The position numbers were made by a program, and so were the translations under genes. Positions 54,067-64,000 of a DNA stretch of 64,000 bases are shown piece by piece. Location: NCBI GenBank assembly GCA_012295275.1, contig CM022671.1, forward strand, positions 1-64,000, read 5' to 3'. The notes under the pieces are model-generated. The model made no database searches, was not told where the DNA came from, and was given only the letters and a program-made list of their open reading frames with translations. This DNA is from Chrysomallon squamiferum. Its lineage: Eukaryota > Animalia > Mollusca. Each line of letters starts with the position of its first letter. Position 1 is the stretch's first letter.

Positions 54067-54508
54067 ATGAATAACTCAGAAACCATTTTTTTTATATAGC
54101 GTAAAATAATTGTTATTTTTTATTTGTAGGTAAGTTTGTTGTAATATACTATATTGTTGTTTATATTTTAGAGTGGATGTGTTTGCAGACTGTATTTATA
54201 ATTCATTTTATAAAGATGTGGTTAATAGACAATGTTTTAATTATTTATGTGTTCATGTTCTTAGTTGTACCTGATCAAGAATATTTGTACAGTGTTTAAC
54301 ATTATTTCTATTTTGATGTGTGTTCAAGTTGTCACAATAAACTGTTTTAAAAATGAGCAAAATGGGAGTTTTAGTCTAAAAGTTGGAATTAAACAATTAT
54401 TTTCATGAAAAGAATTCCTGAAAAAAATCTAACTGATAAAACTTGCTTAGTAAAAAGTCAATTTAATATTCTTTATGCCACTTGGAACAATTCAGTAGGC
54501 ACTTTCAT

Positions 54509-54553
<45 letters not shown>

Positions 54554-55139
54554 TTACTTTCATTAGGACATTTAGTTATTCTTCAATAAATAAATATATA
54601 AATATATATGTATACACACACATTTGTACACTTTTTATTTTGATAATGTCTATATAATCTCAGTAAATGTGCGTGCAATCTGCATGTCTAAGTGCAAAGT
54701 GAATCAAGAGAATGGAAAATGTCCATCAAATAATCAGTCATAAAAGTTCCATTATTTTCTCGTTAATTTCTTATTAACAGTATTATTAACAAGTTTTAGA
54801 TGATAGAAACTGAGTTAATGAATTAATCGCAATGTTTTAAAGGACTCGTAAACTGACGTTTTGTTAACAATCTTATTTACTTTGAAAGCAATATCGTAAT
54901 AAACTAATTTATTATTAGTGTTTCAGTGGCAGACCCAGCAGCGTAGGAAGAACCTTGTTTTCAATGACGTCACTAGTTTTTGTGAACTGTCATTTTGCTG
55001 AATTGTTCTTAAGAGCTTAGTGTGGTTAACATCGTAGTTAACAAAACTGTTTAATCAGGTTTATTGTCTAACTGAAGACAACCATGACATTCCACAATGT
55101 GTGTGTGTGTGTGTATGTGTGCGTGCGCGCGCGCGCGCG

Positions 55140-55882
55140 CAATGTATCCCTGATTTACAAGTACCCCAACTTACGAGTTTTCTGAATTACGAGCAGTCGC
55201 TTGGTTGATATTTTATTTTGAGTTGCGAGCCAAAATCCGAGTTACGAGCGAGCTTCAGATACACCGCCGCTAGTTGGCGCAACTAACAGCACAACATCCG
55301 GACAGCATCCTGCGTCTCACTAGTTTACTGTACGTGGATGCCTGGCCGTTCTTGTGTTGTGTTCGCGTTTTGTATAGTATTTTGCCAATTTTTTTTTTGC
55401 TCTGACTATTGTTCGTAAGAAAGAGTGCAAAGGACAGTGCTTAGAAGAAGAAGCGGATGATGTCCATTGAATTACAGCATGAAATCATTGAAAAACACGA
55501 GAGAGGTGTGCATGTAGTCGACTTGGTTAGGCAGTACCAGCTTAGTACCATACTGAAACAGGAGTCGATAAAGTCTGTAACTCCAGCCAAAGGCTTTAAA
55601 ATAATGTCTGATCTCCAAGATAAATACACTTTACAAAACCAATTTATTTCTTTACATTCTCTTTTATTTTGTTTTTCTACAATATTTGTCATTTATAAAT
55701 ATTTTTCTCTTATTTAATTTTTTTTTTTTTTTTTTTAAATGGGGGTGGTTTTGAGGGGGGGCTTAAGAGGATTAATGGTATTTCACTTAATTTCAGTCGA
55801 GAAAACTGATTTGATATACGAGCAAATTGAGTTACGAGCTCGGTCAAGGCGAGAATTAAACTCGTAAGTCAAGGTACACCTG
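55140..55882 (+). mobile_element. Tigger/pogo-derived MITE-like element
   Basis: ORF piece KKRMMSIELQHEIIEKHERGVHVVDLVRQY…STILKQESIK. The right terminus aattaaactcgtaagtcaaggtacacctg is followed by TA. The left end is degenerate, with ttacgag subterminal repeats. Confidence 0.85.
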
Positions 55883-55993
55883 TATATATATACCGGCCGT
55901 AACTCGACTCTTTTTGAAATTAGGCAAAAACACTTAATCGCCGAGCGGAGCGGTGCAAAAATATTTGGGCGAGGGGTTGGTGGGCCGCCTAAT

Positions 55994-56278
55994 CAGGGGC
56001 GGGCAACCTTTTAAAACAGGGGCCGGATGGATCTTATAGAAAGAGCATGAGGGCCAGAACATGAAATGAGAACAAAAAACAGTAATTTCACTTTTCACTA
56101 TTGATTCTACGAGTGCTTTCGAGCCTTAAATTTTAAACGAGTGCGAATTGAATAATAAAAAAATAAAAAATAGCTGTGTCAACTGACTTTATTTCACTGA
56201 TTTTGTTTTGCTGTCTCGCGGGCCGGATGGCAATGTTAGCTGTGAACAGTTTGGCGGGCCGCAGTTTGCCCGCCCCTG
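55994..56278. mobile_element. hAT (Charlie-like) MITE, 285 bp
   Basis: Perfect 13-bp TIRs caggggcgggcaa / ttgcccgcccctg, internal gggccgg/gcgggcc motifs, and gcctaa duplicated on both flanks. Confidence 0.85.
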
Positions 56279-56443
56279 GCCTAAGACCTCGACATTAACG
56301 AATTCATTCCGCCGAATAGAGATTTATATTTCATATTGTTTTAAATAAAATCTTTATATTAAAAATAAATAAATAAAAAAAAACCAATATTTTTCAATTT
56401 CGGAAAGAGTCATTTTCTTCATTTGTATCACTGTAGTTACAGC

Positions 56444-56477
<34 letters not shown>

Positions 56478-56611
56478 ATTTTAAAATTATAATGTATATG
56501 TATAGGGAAAAGAAAGAGCATAACATATGAAAATAAGCCATTCATACCCCAAATTTTTTTCCTTTGTACTGAAACTAATGTTCTCGTGAGGCAGTGTACT
56601 GTATGAAAAAT

Positions 56612-56899
56612 TGCATGTCTGTGGTTTGCTGTGTAACAACTGCATGTCTGTGGTTTGCTGTGTAACAACTGCATGTCTGGTTTGCTGTGTAACAACTGCA
56701 TGTCTGTGGTTTGCTGTGTAACAACTGCATGTCTGTGGTTTGCTGTGTAACAACTGCATGTCTGTGGTTTGCTGTGTAACAACTGCATATCTGTGGTTTG
56801 CTGTGTAACAACTGCATGTCTGTGGTTTGCTGTGTAACAACTGCATGTCTGTGGTTTGCTGTGTAACCACTGCATGTCTGTGGTTTGCTGTGTAACAAC
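56612..56899. repeat. 29-bp minisatellite, about 10 copies
   Basis: tgcatgtctgtggtttgctgtgtaacaac repeated almost perfectly. Confidence 0.96.
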
Positions 56900-56956
56900 C
56901 ACGACGAAAATGACGATGACGGCGACGCTCAAGTTGATGATTAAGTAGAAGAACAA

Positions 56957-57070
56957 AATAATAAAAATAACAATAATAACAATAATAACAATAATAATAA
57001 TAACAATAATAAAAATAAAAATAATAATAATAATAATAACAACAATAATAATAATAATAATAATAACAAC

Positions 57071-57139
<69 letters not shown>
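56957..57139. repeat. (TAA)n/(CAA) microsatellite
   Basis: Seen directly. Similar tracts lie at ~16425-16518, 27215-27303, 53260-53308 and 57690-57741. Confidence 0.95.
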
Positions 57140-57689
57140 CTTTGCCATCCCTCCATTTTAAATAATATATTTCACATTTTCCTACCAAACCTGCATATTC
57201 AGCTCCCTCTTCCTTCTTCCATATCTCCGTCTGGTGTCTGCACAGTATCAGAAAGAAAAAAATTCCTAAACATAAATTACGTTATTACAGCAGCAGTACT
57301 CTTGTGTTTATGAAGCTGTAAAACTATAAAACTCGACAATATATTTCAGTTCTAAAGTAGGCGTCTTATTTACATGATCGCAGATTCTGGGTTTTAGTAC
57401 TGTACCAGACTTCATCAGCGTAATGTCTCTCTTTTAAACCGAACTGCTGGCATGGTCTGGTAATGTAAGAGATTTTGGCTGGTATTCAAATCGCGTGACC
57501 ACGCAAGCTTTTAATAAAATAGGCTACAAAACCAGCTTTGTTTTAATAGAATGTGCTTCTGAACTCGTAGGTCAAAGTTTGCTTGTGTTGTGTTATATAA
57601 CTGACTAACAAGTAGAAGATCACTGCTGATAATAATATTATATCCAGGTAACTTTCAAGAGTTCCACACAAGATATTAAAACTATTTAG

Positions 57690-57743
<54 letters not shown>

Positions 57744-59372
57744 TACTAATGGAATAAAAATAAAATAAAAATATAACAGATTACAGATATAAAATAGCAA
57801 AAAATTAAAGATAAAATGAATGGTTTATTATTCATTATAAACGAATTCGTTTTATGCGGAGTTCGTTACAGCAGTAAACTAAACAAAACCCTCTCTTTTG
57901 CTGTTTTATTCGTATTAGGTAAATAAGTAAAACGTGCACAGTTTGTGTTAAATGGTCATATCCAACCTTTATCCGAATCTGTTAATGACTTCGGATGTGT
58001 TTATCGACTGTCGAACACTATTTATTAGCAGTCAACGTTATAAATCAAGATATGCGTTTTATCTGATAATAATAAGAGAGATGAAACCTCTCACCACTCC
58101 ACAGACAGTGCTTACAAAGTAGCAGTAGATGTGTTATTTACCCATGAATACGAAAGTAATGTACCAAAAGAGCAATAAGTGGAACGGGAAATATTCCAAA
58201 GGAATTTCCCTATATTAGACCTGTGGCCACTCACGCTGTATCCAAAAAGCTAAAGCCAATCCGGTTAGCACTTTTATCTGACCCAAATCTTGCCCGGGTG
58301 ATGCCAGCTGTAGACCAGATACATGTGCTAGGTGGACAAAACAAACAAGAAAGCATTAAATGTTTTATTTAAATAAACAAATCGGTTATAATACAATATC
58401 TACGTTGCATAGATAGGAGTAAGTATTGTGTTTTGTTAGTACAATATATGGCTGCAAATCTTAAAAATGCATAAATGAAAAACATTGCTTTTGAGTTAAA
58501 GTTTTAAAAATAAGTCAGTATTTAGCTATCTTGTTCAGACATTAAAAAAGTTACGTATATCAAATTATGTTGTTGTTGTTGTTGTTATTATTATTTTTAT
58601 TATTATTAGTATTATTACATATTCAGATTCCTGATTGCTGGTTACATTTAATTTGCATTATTGCAGTAATTGACGTCACACATTTTGAATATGCATTACC
58701 AGCGTAATATATTAAATTAATCACTTTTATTACGTATCAAGTTTATTCTCCAGCTATATAAATTATCCAATTATTCTTTTTAATACTATATTTTCTTCTG
58801 GGACGCAAACATGATATGAAACTGAATTTTGTTTTTCATTTTATTTTTATTTTATTTTTTTTTTCATTATAAAGTTGATATATCTAATTAAGTTTGAAAC
58901 AAACCATGCTATATACCACCCACAGGCCTTAGAAACGTAATTAATTAGTAAATTCTTGAAGCTTATAAAAACTGAAGGATTGAAAAAACAGATCGACGAA
59001 TGTTAAAACAATAATGAAGCATTAACGTTAATCATTGATTTATTGGGGTTGGTGATGAAAGTATAAAAATATCAATGAGTACTATTTTTCACAATAACTC
59101 AGTCAGAGTTGAATAAGAGATAGGGTCTAGAACATTCTCTATAATTTCCTGTAACGTAGATAATTTCGGCAAGTTCCAGCAAACAAAAATAGTCAGGTGT
59201 GCATATGCGGTATACATAGTTGTACAAGTAATTAAGCCAATGAAAAAGTAATAATAATTGTTTATGGTGTAATTAAATTAATGAATAATTGTCGTCGCAA
59301 TTTTAATTATTAAAATTAAACACATTTTATGTCAGTGAACAAGAGGAGTATTAGATTATATCGCACTCCTTA

Positions 59373-59407
<35 letters not shown>

Positions 59408-59422
59408 TCCTTATATACATAC

Positions 59423-59436
<14 letters not shown>

Positions 59437-59517
<81 letters not shown>
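59437..59517. repeat. (GA)n microsatellite
   Basis: Seen directly. A second tract lies at 60344-60432. Confidence 0.95.
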
Positions 59518-59521
<4 letters not shown>

Positions 59522-59866
59522 AAGAGAGAGACTATTAATACACATGCTGTTTCAAGTTTTGCGTCGGATATATCGATCTTGTTTTAGAAAGTTTAATGAC
59601 GGTATAAAATTTAATGAATAGTTTGTATTCTTCTATTTTGTCATAATCGACCGATTAGAAAAAACTGTTTATGAATCTAATATGATACTAAATAGTAACA
59701 ACAAAATTATATACATCGAGCTTTTTAAACTCAAAGGTCAATAAATGGGCATTTAAAAATATATACATATACAAATAGAAAATGGTACACCCGGAAATCT
59801 GCAGAACATGATATCCACCCCAATTTTTAAAAATGTATTTTATTTAATTATATATGTGTGTGTGTA

Positions 59867-59919
<53 letters not shown>

Positions 59920-60011
59920 ATATATATGTGTGTGTGTGTGTGTATATGTATGTATCTATATATATGTGTGTGTGTGTGTATATATATATATAAAAACATT
60001 AATAAAACGTA

Positions 60012-60340
60012 TCACAATGCAACAATGTCTCCTATATATTGGCTTTGTAGCTGTACTTTCATTTCGATCACTGAATAGAATGCCAGCGCAAGGGCGAGAA
60101 CTCCTGATAAAATGTAAACTTTAGTCTCGACACAAAGGACGTAATTGTAACCGAATGCGATGGCACATCCGGTGGCGTGAAACATCCGGTAAGAAGAAAA
60201 TGCACCTTCCTGTTTGTGTGGGAACAGAACTCCGAACAATGCTGAAATGAAAACGATGAATATATGAATAATTCAAAAAGAACAAATTTAAAGAGAGTTA
60301 GAAATAATGTCAGCTATATCAGCGGACAGATAGATAGATA

Positions 60341-60435
<95 letters not shown>

Positions 60436-63400
60436 ATAAAAAAGTCAGGGAGCGAGCGAGAGAAAGAGGGAAGGATAGATACTGAGGGATAGCAGAAAAC
60501 AATAAATAAAATAAATATTCAGTTTTGAATATTCAAGAGAAAAAAAACTGATACCATTATTTTCGCTCCCAGTCTCTTACAGTAATTACATATTGTCGTG
60601 TAATATGTCAAAGAGAAGCCATGTGCCGTGGCTTAGAGTAATGAGGTACTTAAAATTTCTTTAATAATCGATAGAAAAAATTGAAAACGAAATAAAAAGA
60701 AATAAAAAGACATCATAACAACAATAACACACACACACATTTAATAGTAATATTAATGCAACAAAAATATATGTTCTCTGCCGGAGAATCGCTAAATTGT
60801 CGCTTATTTTGGTTTGTAGTGGCTTGAAACAAAATTCCTTGTTCCTAATGACAACAAAAGAGACTCGTGGGTAAAAAAGAGTTTCTTGTTTTCAGTGACA
60901 AAACAGCTCAAGATAAGCGACTCTTTGGTTTTAATGGTTAGACAGAACCAGTTCCTTGATGGTAATAGTTATAAATAAACAATTTCATGTTTTAATGAAT
61001 GAGAGATAATTTCTTGCGTTAAATGGTTAAAATAAAACAGTTAGTTGTTTTCAATGACAAAAGATAATTCCTTTCTTTTTATGACTGATAAGAAACAATT
61101 CATTGCTGAACTGACGAACCTCTCGCCATTCTAAGGAATCGAATGTTTTCAGCTGATGCCTCTGAATCGTAGCGTTAACTGAAAATGAAACCATCGATTA
61201 AGGGCACGGAAACCCTATCATTCAATGTCGCTTAATGTTAGCTTAAATAATGCACATTAATTGTTTTGTTATCACACAAATCCCGGGCAGTGCAGCAGAC
61301 ATAATGGTGAAAATAATCTGAAAACGACAGAATGGAAGCAATCTCCAGGCATTGTGGCACTAATGACGACGTTCGTTCTCAGAGCAATGCACTTTCTGTT
61401 TTTGTGTTAGAACTCTGCAGATTTGATTATGTTTAACCCATAATCTTCTCTCATTAGCTTATTATTATTAGTTTTTAACGTGGAAAAAAGGATGTACGTG
61501 GTTAATTAAAATGTCTAATTAATAAAGAAATCAATCAAACATACTTATACATATAAGAAAAATAGCATAAATCAGTACAAATATGTATATATATATATTA
61601 AAATACAAAGATGTACGTGTATATGAACACATGCGCACACAAACACGTATACACGTACGCCTATAAATACATAGACATACAGAACCACATATAATAAAAC
61701 AAATACACACATACACAAATATGTAGCGATAAACAGTCGTATACTAGATACACACAAACTCTTATACATCTCTACATACCAATGCAAAGAATTTACACAC
61801 GCACATTCAAACATGAAAGACTTGTATGCTAAAAAAGAAAACTATATACATGTACACTTTGAAATATGACACAAATGCATAGTTACGTACAAACAAACTC
61901 ATACATGCAAAATGCAAAATCATACTTTATTTTCTCTTTTAATTTCCCTTCATTTTAACATTACTACATTCTTTTCATTTGAGTACAAATCCATACTTTT
62001 TTTTATTATAAATAGCCTTGGAATATCACACAAAGCAGTGTTCTGTGTATTTGTTTTATTTTTGCAGTCGTAGTTATTGCTGCATCACAGTCGGATTCTC
62101 TGTATGACGTTGTCTCACCTGTTTCGAAGTAATAGCAAAAGTCAGTGCTGTCTTCACGCCTGACATCCTATATGAAACTTGACGGCCGATAAAAGATTCA
62201 CTTTTCATGGATCCCAAAAGCAAGTCAATTTCGTTCACGTTCAAGAAATCTATTGATCAAAACCTCCATGTTATTACTCTGCGTGTTATCTGAACGTTTT
62301 TATGCACAACGTTCTGCAATTTTTTCCCTTTATTATTAGCTTCTTCTTCTTTTTTTCTCCATTCTGATCGAGCTGTTATCAGTACCGAATGAAGTTGCAC
62401 TCCAGCAGACGACGGAGTTAATCGAAGTGTGTCAATCAATTACGTCATTTCGAAGCAAAGTTTTCTTGCTGTCGGATAATTTGGCAATGATTTTTCTGGA
62501 ATGAAGTACCGTCCTTGTTATAGCATGAAGCAGTTTTTGAAAGATTACTAGCTGAAAAACGGTTCGAGCGCATGATGCAAGATTAAAATGTATTTGTGTG
62601 ATAAAAGTGCAAATTTCCAGATTCTAAAGAGTTAGTTTATAATATTAATTTGATAGTTTCTGATAATAACTGAAATTTCATCAACGTTGCTATAGCTGTT
62701 CCACACTTTACGCAATACTAAAACAAAAACAAAATTAAAATCTTGATAATACCAGCTGTTCACTCCATACAAACACTCATACACACAGACATACACATTC
62801 ACGCACATACAAATGAATGCACGCATGGACATACACAAAGACACAAAGACACAGAGACACAGACACAAAGACACAGAGACACAAAGACACAAAGACACAA
62901 ATACATAGAGACACAGAGACACAAAGACACAGAGACACAGAGACACAAAGACACAAAGACACAGAGACAGAGACACAGAGACACAAAGACACAGAGACAC
63001 AGAGGCACAAAGACACAAAGACACAGAGACACAAAGACACAAAGACACAAAGACACAAAGACACACAGAGATAGAGACAGACAGAAAGAAAAACAGAGCA
63101 ATACTCAAATCAAAATAATAGTAATAATAATAATAAATAAAATAAAATAAAATAAAATATAAACAGACAGAGCTACAGTCATGCAGATAGACATACAGAT
63201 TCCAAATGCATGTACTTATATTCACACCAAAGGAACCACAACAACTCACTGTATGTTTGTGTGTGCCATATTGCATCACACAATCCCAGACATCCTGCGA
63301 TGACGTAGAAATTCGGGATATCGATTGGCTGGGGATGCCACAGCCACAACACGATCAAAAGACAAATGTTGAAAGTGGCGCCAGCCGTTATGAACAGGAA

Positions 63401-63517
63401 ACGCTTGATGTGCTCTGCAATGTAACCAATGGCGATCGAGCTTATAGCGCTCACGGTTCCAAAACAGATCAGGATTGGTCCGATGTTGTGAACTCCCAGC
63501 GTGCAGCTGACGTACGA
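60012..63517 (-). CDS. UNC93A: UNC93-like MFS protein (UNC93A-like), last two coding exons; the 5' part lies beyond the window
   Basis: Exon 63517-63250 ([20 protein letters not shown]…[16 protein letters not shown]) and exon 60241-60012 ([32 protein letters not shown]…DIVAL*) join through a canonical phase-1 GT-AG intron. The motifs match the UNC-93 family pattern YVxCxLG, DAxWQTQ…GVLF…EAAFSNYR. Confidence 0.88.
62836..63085. repeat. (GACACAAA/GACACAGA)n compound microsatellite
   Basis: Seen directly, in the UNC93 intron. Confidence 0.93.
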
Positions 63518-63559
63518 CTGAAATGAAATAAAGAAATTAATTACGTAACGTAGCTTATC

Positions 63560-63712
63560 TTCTGTATTTCAGTTAACATTAAAATACCCTAAAAGTATAA
63601 CGTAAGATAACTGATTTTTCTGTATTTCAGTTAACATTAAAATACCCTAAAATTATATCGTAACATAACTGATTTGTCCATATTTCAATTAACATTAAAA
63701 TACCCTAAACTT
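63560..63712. repeat. 58-bp tandem repeat, about 2.6 copies
   Basis: tatttcagttaacattaaaataccctaaa recurs at a 58-bp period. Confidence 0.85.
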
Positions 63713-64000
63713 ATAATATTCGCATCTCAGAAGTTTGAAATTATTGTTACTGAAATTATTTTTGTAGCCAGTTTCGTTCCCCATATTACGATACAATGTT
63801 CACACAGACACACACGCACACACACGCACACACATACAAACACAAACACACACTCGTGCAAATACGCAGAAGCGAATAACTGTAAATTATATTTTAGATG
63901 AGGTCAGCACTTAAAATAACTGCAAAACACCACTGAGAGAGGAAACAGACAATCAGAAAGTAATAACGAGTAAAATTACTTTAAAAACCAATACTTTTGT

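Noticed and set aside
54923-54945. cagtggcagacccag resembling a MITE terminal repeat
   Set aside because: I found no partner inverted repeat or target-site duplication.
56354-57188. ORFs of 233-264 aa on the minus strand
   Set aside because: They are read-through of (TAA)n and the 29-bp minisatellite.
62040-62600. More GC-balanced intronic stretch as an extra UNC93 exon or nested gene
   Set aside because: The two flanking exons already join in frame with continuous family similarity, and no domain is recognisable. It may be a repeat relic.
62632-63279. ORFs of 85-215 aa with repeating TQRHKD or LCVFVS
   Set aside because: They are translations of the GACACA(A/G)A microsatellite in the UNC93 intron.
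63560-63712. ccctaa inside the 58-bp repeat as telomeric sequence
   Set aside because: There is only one hexamer per unit, never in tandem.

Overview
Eukaryotic (animal, probably mollusc-like lophotrochozoan) genomic DNA. Bases 1-~14200 are about 38 head-to-tail copies of a CpG-rich, palindrome-rich 374-bp satellite; all ORFs there are spurious. The last monomer (~14110-14206) is a mosaic of satellite and telomeric (CCCTAA)n. It is followed immediately by an inverted ~70-bp diverged piece of the same satellite, then by AT-rich single-copy DNA. This junction is the most interesting signal: it may be a site of chromosome breakage and de novo telomere addition (programmed DNA elimination), although a haplotype difference or a misassembly are alternatives. 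The single-copy part holds a complete 33-exon sulfonylurea-receptor gene (ABCC8/9-like, + strand, 18135-47931, ~1683 aa, one GC-AG intron) and the last two exons of a convergent UNC93-like gene (- strand). It also holds two ZNF862-type hAT relics, two Tigger-type MITEs, a hAT MITE, and many mini- and microsatellites. All alignments and counts were done by eye.
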